Below are positions 40,201-48,598 of a DNA stretch of 64,000 nucleotides, piece by piece. The DNA is taken from positions 224,001-288,000 of the forward strand of contig CAWDVR010000006.1 in the NCBI GenBank assembly GCA_963805975.1, given 5' to 3'. The DNA comes from an uncultured Acidobacteriota bacterium. Lineage in GTDB: Bacteria > Acidobacteriota > Thermoanaerobaculia > Multivoradales > SZUA-115. Within the stretch, counting starts at the first letter, position 1; each line of letters opens with the position of its first letter. Below the pieces are notes generated by a model, which saw only the letters and a program-made list of their open reading frames with translations, was not told where the DNA came from and ran no database searches. A program made the translations under genes and the position numbers.

Positions 40201-42436
40201 CGTCCGCCTCCGACGGCGCCCGAACCGACTCTGCCGCCGGCTCGGGAGCCGGCGCGAACACCACCGTCGCCGTCGCTCCGCAGGCGACCAGGCTCGCGAC
40301 GATCAGAAAGCCCAGCCGGGCGATCGTCGGGTTGGCCGACAGCATGAGCACCGAGAGGCCCGCTCCCACCACCAGGACGTTGGCGGCGACACGGCGCAGG
40401 ACCGCGGCGTGCTCGGCGGCCGAGCCCTCGTGGAAGGCGAGGTGGATGCCGTAGTCCAGCCCCACGCCGACGCCCAGGGCCAGAAACGAGGAGGTGGCGA
40501 CGCCGAGGGGGAGCCCCAGCCAGCCGGCGAGGCCAAGGACCATGAGCAGCGCCCAGACGTTGGCGGCGATGGCGCGGAAAGACCGGCCCCAGCGACCGGA
40601 GGCGAAGCCCAGGAGCAGGAGCGAGACGCCCAAGGCGAGCAGGACGGAGGTGGCCTGGTTGCCGACGATCGACGCGATCAGCGTCCGCCCGCGCTCGGCA
40701 CTGCCGCCCACGGCGACCGCCACCTCGCCCGCGGGAAAGGCCCTGCCCACGGCCGCGTCCACCTCCCGGCGGACCCGGGTCGCGGTGCGGTAGTCGTCGC
40801 TCGCAATTCCCAGGATCAGGCGGGTGGAGGACTGGGGCCGGTCGAGGAACATCCGAGCGAAGATCGCCTCGTTGAAGAAGGCATAGGTCTCGAAGAGGCG
40901 CTCGGCTTCGGCCCGGCTGCCAGGCAGCGGCGGCCGGTCCCGCGCCGGGTCTGCCACCTCCCAGGCCCGGTCGCGGAGCAGGTCGGCGAGGGAGAGCGAG
41001 GCCGTGACCTCCGGCAGAGCGGCCAGATCCTGTTGCAGCCGCTCGATCGTCCGGAGCTCCGGCGGCTCGGTCCAGGCCCGTCCGTCCGAGCGGGTCAGCA
41101 TCAGGTCGAGCTGATAGATGCCCACCGACTCCTTCTCGAACCAGCGCACGTCCTCGACGATGGGATGGTCGGAGCGGAAGTTCTGGGTCCAGCCGTCGTC
41201 GATGCGCAGGCGCAGGAGGCCGGGGAGCAGCAACAGCGAGAGCGCGAGCATCAGCGCCGGAAGCCAGCGCCGGCCGCCGGCCGGATGGATCGCGGCCAGG
41301 GTGCCCCATTTTCTTCCTTCGCGAATGGGAACCAGGGCGAGGACGGCCGGCACGAGGGTGACGCTGATCAGCCAGGAGACCGCGAGCCCGATGCCCGCGA
41401 TCAGGCCGAACACCTGGAGCGCCGGTGCCTCGGTGGCCCAGAAGGAGGCAAAGCCGATCACCGTCGTGAGGGTGATGGCGGTACACGGGAAGAAGAGCCG
41501 TTTCAGGGTCTCCCAGGCATGGGCCACGGCCGGTTCGTCCGGCCTCTCCCGGCGCAGTGCCAGGAAGGTGCCGAAGAAGTGGATCTCGTCCGCAATGCCG
41601 AGCACGGTGATGAGCACCGGGATCATCGCCGTCATCAGCGAGAGCGGGTGCCCGAGCCGGGTCTGGATCGCGAGGGTCAGCACCACCGCCACCCCGGACT
41701 GGAAGAGGGCCAGACCCACCAGCACCCAGGAGCGGAAGAGACCCCAGAAGAGCAGCGCGATGACCAGGAAGCTCCAGGGCAGCAGGCGCTTCAGATCCTC
41801 GAACACCGTCTGGCCGAGGCCGTTCAAGACCACGTAGCGGCCGAGCAGGCGGACGCGGTACTCGCCGGGACCGCGGGCGTCGAGCTTGGTGAAGGCTTCC
41901 CGGAGCCGCTTCTCGATGCTCGCCACCCCGGTGGCCGAGAGCGCCGGCGTCTCCAGGAAGACCGCGCGCCGCGATCGCCCGGCGGCGAGCTGGCCGGTCA
42001 CCGCGGTGGTGGCCAGGGCGCGCTCGATCCATTCCGTGCTCGGGGGATGGAGAAGGTACGGCTCGCCGGCCGCGTCCCGCGCCGCGAAGCGGGGGCGGAA
42101 GAGGCGATCGAGGACGAGCTGCTCGACGTTCCGGCTGACCGAGAGCTGCTGCAGGAAGAAGTGGAGGTCTTGGCGAAAGACGGGATCCGAGATCGTCCGG
42201 CCGACGGCCTCGAAGGCGATGATCAGCCGCTCGTCTGAGCCGAAGCGCTCGCGGATCGCCTGGTCCGCGGCGAGGACCGGGCTGCCGGCAGGCAGCAGGT
42301 CGAGGTCGTTGACCCGGATCCGGACCTCGGCGAGCGGCCTCGCCAGGAGGGCCACGGCCACCAGCATCGCAACGAGGGCGACGGCGAGAAGGATGCGGCC
42401 CCAGGCCGGGGAGATGCGGGGCCGGATGAGCTTCAG
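40187..42436 (-). CDS. MMPL/RND-family transporter
   Basis: Two TM bundles with GIADEIHF and GVGLDYGIH, RFGSDE, TLTTVIGFASF. The start is either CTG 42436 (overlapping the upstream stop) or ATG 42367. Confidence 0.85.
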   Translation of the reverse strand: MKLIRPRISPAWGRILLAVALVAMLVAVALLARPLAEVRIRVNDLDLLPAGSPVLAADQAIRERFGSDERLIIAFEAVGRTISDPVFRQDLHFFLQQLSVSRNVEQLVLDRLFRPRFAARDAAGEPYLLHPPSTEWIERALATTAVTGQLAAGRSRRAVFLETPALSATGVASIEKRLREAFTKLDARGPGEYRVRLLGRYVVLNGLGQTVFEDLKRLLPWSFLVIALLFWGLFRSWVLVGLALFQSGVAVVLTLAIQTRLGHPLSLMTAMIPVLITVLGIADEIHFFGTFLALRRERPDEPAVAHAWETLKRLFFPCTAITLTTVIGFASFWATEAPALQVFGLIAGIGLAVSWLISVTLVPAVLALVPIREGRKWGTLAAIHPAGGRRWLPALMLALSLLLLPGLLRLRIDDGWTQNFRSDHPIVEDVRWFEKESVGIYQLDLMLTRSDGRAWTEPPELRTIERLQQDLAALPEVTASLSLADLLRDRAWEVADPARDRPPLPGSRAEAERLFETYAFFNEAIFARMFLDRPQSSTRLILGIASDDYRTATRVRREVDAAVGRAFPAGEVAVAVGGSAERGRTLIASIVGNQATSVLLALGVSLLLLGFASGRWGRSFRAIAANVWALLMVLGLAGWLGLPLGVATSSFLALGVGVGLDYGIHLAFHEGSAAEHAAVLRRVAANVLVVGAGLSVLMLSANPTIARLGFLIVASLVACGATATVVFAPAPEPAAESVRAPSEADARRA

Positions 42437-42888
42437 GGCGGGCAGAAGACCTCCACCTCCGCGCCCGTGCCCCCGGTCTGGAGCTCGCCGGCATCGAGGC
42501 GGTCGCCATCGCCGTCGTCATCGTCCAGGAAGGCCGCGTCCGGCAGCACGAGCACCTGCCAGAGAGCCCTCCGGGAGGGGGTCAGCGGGCGGCGGACCCA
42601 GTGCTGAGAGGAAGCGTGGAGGTAGGCCTGGCAGTCCCTGCTCTCCGCATCGCCCACGGCGAAGCCGGGCCAGGTCAGGGATCGCTCGTCGAGGAAGACA
42701 CGGCGCGCGGCGAGCTCGGGTGGGGGAGAAAGCGGCGGGCGCCAGGCGGGCACGGCGAGCGGAGTCAACTGCTCGCCGGCCCGGGTGGCGATCTCGAAAG
42801 CGGGCTGGAGGGCCGGCCGGGTGCGCAGCGCCTGCCAGAAGATCAGGCCGAGGGCGACCAGGAAGAGCGCCGCCATCCGTCGGTCCAT
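42433..42888 (-). CDS. Small N-terminally anchored hypothetical protein with a DxDxDG-like acidic loop
   Basis: MDRRMAALFLVALGLIFWQ TM, two Cys, DDDDGDGDRLDAGE; lies between the secreted paralog and MMPL. Confidence 0.6.
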   Translation of the reverse strand: MDRRMAALFLVALGLIFWQALRTRPALQPAFEIATRAGEQLTPLAVPAWRPPLSPPPELAARRVFLDERSLTWPGFAVGDAESRDCQAYLHASSQHWVRRPLTPSRRALWQVLVLPDAAFLDDDDGDGDRLDAGELQTGGTGAEVEVFCPP

Positions 42889-42908
42889 CGAGCTCGCCCT
42901 CTCGAGGC

Positions 42909-43547
42909 CTACGGCATCTCGAACGAGCCGGTCAGGATGCGACCAACGACCTCTCCCGGACGGTCGGCGTCCTCGAGGTTGACCGAGCTCACCATCTTGT
43001 AGAGGGTGCCCGACGGCGGCGGAAAGTCCCGTACGTCGTCGCTGCGCAGGGTGGCCGGAGTGACCGTGCGGAAAGTCTGGCCCGGCAGGGCCTCGAAGGT
43101 CACGAACACGTTGAAGCTCATCACCTGCACTGCCGGGAAGCTGGTTCCGGGAGTCTGCTCCCAGATCGCGCTCTTGCCGGGCCGGGACTCGTCGAGCCAG
43201 TAGTTGACCGCGCCGAGGCCCTCGACCACGGAGGCTACGCTGACGTTGGTGATGTTGAGCGGCACGGTCATCTGGCCGGCGGAGTTCCGGTAGGGCGTGC
43301 CAGTCTTGCCTTCGATCGACGGGCCACCGATACCCACGGACTCGAACGGCGCGCCGAGCTGGGCGAGCTGGAGGGTGTGCTTCGGGTTGCCGTTCACCTT
43401 CTTGACGGGCGGGCACTTGAACGTGCCCTGCGGCAGGGCGGCGATCGCGGCGTCGGCCGAAGGAGCGGAGGCCATCCAGGCCCCTGCGCCCAGGGCGAGG
43501 GCGAAAGCCAAAGCCAGGCTGAGTGTGGATCTTCCAGACATTTGCAT
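42909..43547 (-). CDS. Secreted beta-rich hypothetical protein, paralog A (212 aa)
   Basis: AAAGGGG RBS, Sec signal ending ADA; GLGAVNYWLD.SRP, AIWEQ.PGT.FPA, FPPP.GT.Y. Confidence 0.8.
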   Translation of the reverse strand: MQMSGRSTLSLALAFALALGAGAWMASAPSADAAIAALPQGTFKCPPVKKVNGNPKHTLQLAQLGAPFESVGIGGPSIEGKTGTPYRNSAGQMTVPLNITNVSVASVVEGLGAVNYWLDESRPGKSAIWEQTPGTSFPAVQVMSFNVFVTFEALPGQTFRTVTPATLRSDDVRDFPPPSGTLYKMVSSVNLEDADRPGEVVGRILTGSFEMP

Positions 43548-43689
43548 TGCGTTCCCCTTTCCAACCAGGGAGGTTGGGAGTTGTCCCGGCCAACGCCTCC
43601 GGCACGAGGAAAACCTCGGTGTTGGCGATGAGCTGGGCGATTTGCGAATAGAAATTTTCAAATGTCCTGTCTAATTGCTGGGCGGGCGT

Positions 43690-43718
43690 AGACTAGTGCA
43701 CCTGAAAAAGTTTGTCAA
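43690..43718 (-). promoter_or_regulatory. sigma70 promoter of paralog A
   Basis: TTGACA-N17-TAGTCT in an AT-rich spacer; same boxes as upstream of paralog B. Confidence 0.7.
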
Positions 43719-43889
43719 ATAGTTTTTTGCTCGTGTTGACCCAACAGGCGCTGTCTAGACATTCTTCGTGAAGTCGAAAGAGGAGCGAGAGGAAAAGGCG
43801 AGGCGCGGTGGACGGGGGCACCTGCTCTAGGTGCAGGTGGCGAACTGGGAGGTGGAGGGCCGATCGGCTGTCCAGCGCCTGCCATCAGG

Positions 43890-43930
43890 CGGAGGGCGGC
43901 GAAAAGAGCGCCGCCAGTCGCCGGCCCTCC
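43890..43930 (-). terminator. Hairpin downstream of paralog B, possible terminator
   Basis: GGAGGGCGGCGA...TCGCCGGCCCTCC imperfect inverted repeat just after the stop. Confidence 0.4.
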
Positions 43931-43940
43931 TTCGAAGCGG

Positions 43941-44591
43941 CTACGGCATCACGAACTGGCCTGCCTCGATCCTCCCCACCACCTTGCCGGGGTTCTGGGT
44001 ATCTTCGAGATCTACCGGGCTTTGTAGGTTGTAGACAGTCCCTGGCGGCGGCGGGAAAGCACGCACGTCGTTGCTGCGGACGCTGGCCGCATGACGTGAC
44101 CGGAAGATCCTGCCGGGCATGGACTCGACGGAGACGAAGAAATTGAAGCGCATGTCTTGGATGGCTGGGAACTCGGTGCCGGGAACCTGCTCCCAGATCG
44201 CGCCTTGCACCGGACGAGAGTCGTCGAGCCAGTAGTTGACGGCCCCGAGGCCCTCAGCGGCCGAAGGAACGTTGAAGCCGGTAACCTGGAGGGGGACAGT
44301 CTTCTGACCGGCGCTGTTCACAAACGCAGGTCCGGCCGTACCCTCGAGGCCGGGGCCACCGATAGACCTGGTGGCGAAGGAGCTACCGAGGTCGTTGAAG
44401 GAGACCTGGTGGAAGACGGACCCCGAGGTCTTCTTGTACGGAGGGGGCGGGCATCGGAAGCTTCCAGGGACCGGCAAATTGGCAGCGCTCACGGCGGCGT
44501 CAGCCGTGGGAGCTGTCATCCATATGCCGAGGCTCGTGGCGAGGGCCAGTGCCAAGGCCAAGCTGAGCGAAGCCCTTCCAGACAGTCGCAT
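43941..44591 (-). CDS. Secreted beta-rich hypothetical protein, paralog B (216 aa)
   Basis: AAAGGG RBS, Sec signal ending ADA; aligns end to end with paralog A. Confidence 0.8.
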   Translation of the reverse strand: MRLSGRASLSLALALALATSLGIWMTAPTADAAVSAANLPVPGSFRCPPPPYKKTSGSVFHQVSFNDLGSSFATRSIGGPGLEGTAGPAFVNSAGQKTVPLQVTGFNVPSAAEGLGAVNYWLDDSRPVQGAIWEQVPGTEFPAIQDMRFNFFVSVESMPGRIFRSRHAASVRSNDVRAFPPPPGTVYNLQSPVDLEDTQNPGKVVGRIEAGQFVMP

Positions 44592-44735
44592 GGCGTTCCC
44601 CTTTCCAACCGCGGAGGTTGGGAGTTGTCCCGTTTCCACAACCGTCTCGAGATACAGCCCCGACAGACAGGTATGGAACGAGTCGATTTGCACAATGATA
44701 TTTCCTGATACATATTTCTTTTCTCTAGCATTGAT

Positions 44736-44764
44736 AGACTAATGCCAGCTTGAAAGTGTGTCAA
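44736..44764 (-). promoter_or_regulatory. sigma70 promoter of paralog B
   Basis: TTGACA-N17-TAGTCT. Confidence 0.7.
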
Positions 44765-44889
44765 GTATTATTCGCCTAAGTCCGCTTCCCATGGCCGGGT
44801 GGGGCCGGGCGGATACCGCGCTGGGCCTGATCGTGAGCGCGACTTGGTATAGTTCCCGCCACTATCCGCCCCGCTAGAGACCCCTTCCC

Positions 44890-46035
44890 ATGAATCAACG
44901 CCCGTTCGACGACCGCAACCCGATTCCCCTGGCCCGGCCGTGGATCGACGAGGCCGAGGTGCAGGCGGCGGCCGAGGTGGTGCGCTCCGGGTGGCTCTGC
45001 CAGGGGGCGAAGACCGAGCAGTTCGAGGCCGAGATGGCGGCACGGGTGGGCGCCCGGCACGGCATCGCGGTCTCGAGCGGCTCGACGGCGCTGCTGGTGG
45101 GGCTCGAGACGCTGGGGGTGGGGCCGGGGGACGAGGTCATCGTCCCGGACATGACCTTCATCTCGACCGCCACCTGCGCCCTGCGCCTGGGCGCCAGGGT
45201 GGTGCTCTGCGACATCACCACCACGGACTTCAACCTCGATCCCGAGCGCGTCGAACGGCTGGTGACGTCGCGCACCAAGGCGATCGTGCCGGTTCACTAT
45301 GCCGGCCAACTGGCCGAGATGGAGCCGCTCCTCGACATCGCCCGCCGCCACGGCTTGGGCGTCCTCGAGGACGCGGCCGAGGCGCACCTGGCCCGCTACC
45401 GCGGCAGGCGCTTCGCCGGCACCCTGGGCGAGATCGGCATCTTCAGCTTCACGCCCACCAAGCTCATCACCACCGGCGAGGGCGGCATGATCGTCACCGA
45501 CGACGACGAGCTGGCCCGGAAATGCCGCCTGATCCGCAACTTCGGGGACTCGGGCAAGTTCCACTGGGACACCCTGGGCTTCAACTACCGCCTCAACGAG
45601 GTGGCCTCGGCGCTCGGCATCTGCCAGCTCGCCAAGCTCGACCACATCCTTGCCGAGCGCCGCCGAAAGGCCGGGCGCTACGACCAGGCGTTCGCCGGTC
45701 TAGAGCTGGTGACGGCGCCCTGGCTGCGCGGCCCCGAGGACTCGAACTACCAGCTCTACACCGTGCTGCTCGACGTCGACCGCATGACCCTCGATCGCGA
45801 CCAGGTGATCGCCGAGCTGGCGAAGGCCGGCGTCTCCGCGCGGCTCTACTACCCGTCTCTCCACCGGCAGGGCGTGCTCGCCGGCTGCGGCCCGTTCGCG
45901 GACGCCGATTTCCCTGCCGCGCTCGACTTCGAGCGCCGTGCCCTGTCGCTGCCGATCTACACCACCTTGACCGACGCCGAGCAGGACCGGGTGGTCGAAG
46001 TCCTGCTCGCGACCCTCGAGCGCCACCGGCGGTAG
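44890..46035 (+). CDS. DegT/DnrJ/EryC1/StrS sugar aminotransferase
   Basis: SSGSTAL, PVHYAG, EDAAEA, FSFTPTKLITTGEGG, GFNYRL. Confidence 0.94.
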   Translation: MNQRPFDDRNPIPLARPWIDEAEVQAAAEVVRSGWLCQGAKTEQFEAEMAARVGARHGIAVSSGSTALLVGLETLGVGPGDEVIVPDMTFISTATCALRLGARVVLCDITTTDFNLDPERVERLVTSRTKAIVPVHYAGQLAEMEPLLDIARRHGLGVLEDAAEAHLARYRGRRFAGTLGEIGIFSFTPTKLITTGEGGMIVTDDDELARKCRLIRNFGDSGKFHWDTLGFNYRLNEVASALGICQLAKLDHILAERRRKAGRYDQAFAGLELVTAPWLRGPEDSNYQLYTVLLDVDRMTLDRDQVIAELAKAGVSARLYYPSLHRQGVLAGCGPFADADFPAALDFERRALSLPIYTTLTDAEQDRVVEVLLATLERHRR

Positions 46036-46050
46036 CGGGACGAGCGACCT

Positions 46051-47022
46051 ATGCCCACTGGCAAGAAAGTCCTCATCACCGGCGGCGCCGGCTTCATCGG
46101 CACTCACACCGCAGAGCTCCTGGCGGCCGACAACGAGGTGACGCTGCTCGACCTGGGCTTCGACGGGCCGTTGCGTTTCAGCCCGCTCGCCGCCGACCCC
46201 CGGGTGCGCAAGGTGACGGCGGACGTGCGCCAGGCCGAGCCGCTGGCGAGCGAGGTGGCGCGCGCCGACCTGGTGCTGCACTTCGCCTCGCTGGTGGGCG
46301 TGCAGTGGGTGATCGACCACGCCCGCGACACGCTCGACACCATCGTCCAGGGCACCCGCAACGTGCTCGAGGCGGCGCGGGCCAACCCGCGTCTCGAGCG
46401 GCTGATCTACATCTCGACCAGCGAGGTCTACGGCAACATCATGGACGCCACCGAGGGCGCCTCGGCCTCGGTGGGCACCGCCAACGACCCGCGCCTCTCC
46501 TACGCCTCGGCCAAGCTCCTGGGCGAGCACCTGGTGTGGGCCTACCACCGCGACTTCCGGCTGCCGAGCGTCATCCTGCGGCCGTTCAACATCTTCGGGC
46601 CGCTGCGCACCACGGCCAACGCGGTGGGCATCTTCGCCGCACGGGCGCTCGCCGGCCGCGAGATCAAGCTGCATGGCGACGGCAGCCAGCTCCGTTCCTG
46701 GTGCTACATCGAGGACTTCACCTCGGCGGTGCTCGCCTGCCTGGACAAGCCGGCCGCGGTGGGGCAGGATTTCAACATCGGCAACCCGGTGACGGCGACC
46801 ACCATCTACGACCTCGCGGAGCGCATCATCCGCCTCTCCGGCAGCCGATCGCAGATCGTGCGCACGCCCTACACGTTCAGCGACATCGGCGTGCGGGCGC
46901 CGAACTCGAGCAAGGCGCGGGAGCTGCTGGGCTACGTGCCGCGCTTCGACCTCGACGCCGGCTTGCGGCCCACGATCGAGTGGCACGGCCGGCACCTCGA
47001 CGCGCTGCAGCACTGGTTGTAG
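46051..47022 (+). CDS. NAD-dependent nucleotide-sugar epimerase/dehydratase
   Basis: TGGAGFIG, STSEVYG, YASAK, RPFNIFGP. Confidence 0.9.
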   Translation: MPTGKKVLITGGAGFIGTHTAELLAADNEVTLLDLGFDGPLRFSPLAADPRVRKVTADVRQAEPLASEVARADLVLHFASLVGVQWVIDHARDTLDTIVQGTRNVLEAARANPRLERLIYISTSEVYGNIMDATEGASASVGTANDPRLSYASAKLLGEHLVWAYHRDFRLPSVILRPFNIFGPLRTTANAVGIFAARALAGREIKLHGDGSQLRSWCYIEDFTSAVLACLDKPAAVGQDFNIGNPVTATTIYDLAERIIRLSGSRSQIVRTPYTFSDIGVRAPNSSKARELLGYVPRFDLDAGLRPTIEWHGRHLDALQHWL

Positions 47023-47044
47023 AGGCAGGGGAAGAGCCCCAAGG

Positions 47045-48598
47045 ATGGCCCCAGCGACCATGGACTCACCAGCCACCAAGCCCCGCTGGGGGATCGTGCT
47101 CCGCCTCTTCGCGGACGTGCTGATGATCCAGGCGGCGCTGGTCGCGGCGCTCGCGGCGCGGCTGATCTACCACCTGGCGACCCTGGGTCCGGAAGCCGAC
47201 GCCCAGGTGGGCAAGCTGGTCGCCGCCTTCATCCACTACTACGGCCAGACGGCGCTGCCGCTCACCGGCATCTCGCTCGTGGTCTTCGGCCTGATGGGCT
47301 TCTACACCTACGGCCGCTCCTACCAGAGCCGCTACAAGGCGCTGGTGGTGTTCCAGGCCGTGACCCTGGCCTACTTGATCTTCGGGTTCGTGACCCTGTT
47401 CTTCGGCGGCGTGGCGCCGCTGCCGAGGAGCGCCCTGGTCTTCGCCTGGCTGCTGACCTCCGCCTTCACGATCGGCGCCCGTGTCTGGTCGATGACCTGG
47501 AAGAAGGTGCAGGAAGCCGAGGAGCGCCGCGTGCTCGCGGGCTCGAGCGACGAGGTGAAGAACGTGCTGGTGATCGGCGGCGCCGGCTACATCGGCTCGG
47601 CGCTCCTGCCGCTGCTGCTCGACAAGGGCTACCGGGTGCGGGTGCTGGATCTGATGGTGTTCGGCGACCAGCCGATCCGCAAGGTCGCCCGGCATCCCAA
47701 CCTCGAGCTGGTGCGCGGCGACTTCCGGCACATCGAAAAAGTGGTGGCGGCGCTCTCCGGCATCGACACGGTGATCCACCTGGGGGCCATCGTCGGCGAT
47801 CCGGCCTGCAGCCTGGACGAGGAGCTGACCATCGACGTCAACCTCTCGGCGACGCGCATGATCGGCGAGCTGGCCAAGGCGGCGGGGGTGCGGCGCTTCC
47901 TCTTCGCCAGCACTTGCTCGGTGTACGGCGCGAGCCGCGAGATCGTCGACGAGAGGAGCGTGGTCAAGCCGCTGTCGCTCTACGGCCAGACCAAGGCGGC
48001 CTCCGAGAACCTGCTCCTCGCCATGGCGAGCGAGCGCTTCGCGCCGGTGGTCGCCCGCTTCGGCACCATCTACGGCCTGTCGGGCCGCACCCGCTTCGAC
48101 CTGGTGGTCAACCTGCTCGCGGCCCGGGCCAAGGTGGAGAAGAAGATCACCCTCTTCGGCGGCGAGCAGTGGCGGCCGTTCGTACACGTGGAGGACGCCG
48201 CCCGCGCCCTGCTGCTGATGCTCCAGGCGCCGCTCGCCGCCGTCCGCCGCGAGGTGTTCAACGTGGGCTCGAACGAGCAGAACCTCACCGTGGCCGACGT
48301 CGGGCGCCTGGTCGCCCGGCTGGTGCCCGGCTCCGAGGTGGTGATCGAGGACAACTCCCAGGACAAGCGCGACTACCGGGTGAGCTTCGACCGCATCCGC
48401 GACCGCCTGGGCTTCAAGCCGGCGTGGACCGTGGAGCTCGGCATCCTGCAGGTGCTCGAGGCCATCGCCGGCGGCGAGATCCGCGACTACCAGTCCCCCC
48501 AGTACAGCAACGTCAAGTTCCTGAGCGAGGTGCCCTCGGTGATGCCCTCCCGCGACGACTGGGTGAGGGAAGCCCTGAGTGGCGTGGTGGGGGAGTAG
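47045..48598 (+). CDS. Membrane-anchored (4 TM) NAD-dependent epimerase/dehydratase fusion
   Basis: N-terminal TM bundle (D..M....LAAR, FG..G.Y, PRS) then GGAGYIGS, AIVGDPAC, STCSVYG, YGQTK, RFDLVVN. The start is 47045 or 47060. Confidence 0.85.
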   Translation: MAPATMDSPATKPRWGIVLRLFADVLMIQAALVAALAARLIYHLATLGPEADAQVGKLVAAFIHYYGQTALPLTGISLVVFGLMGFYTYGRSYQSRYKALVVFQAVTLAYLIFGFVTLFFGGVAPLPRSALVFAWLLTSAFTIGARVWSMTWKKVQEAEERRVLAGSSDEVKNVLVIGGAGYIGSALLPLLLDKGYRVRVLDLMVFGDQPIRKVARHPNLELVRGDFRHIEKVVAALSGIDTVIHLGAIVGDPACSLDEELTIDVNLSATRMIGELAKAAGVRRFLFASTCSVYGASREIVDERSVVKPLSLYGQTKAASENLLLAMASERFAPVVARFGTIYGLSGRTRFDLVVNLLAARAKVEKKITLFGGEQWRPFVHVEDAARALLLMLQAPLAAVRREVFNVGSNEQNLTVADVGRLVARLVPGSEVVIEDNSQDKRDYRVSFDRIRDRLGFKPAWTVELGILQVLEAIAGGEIRDYQSPQYSNVKFLSEVPSVMPSRDDWVREALSGVVGE

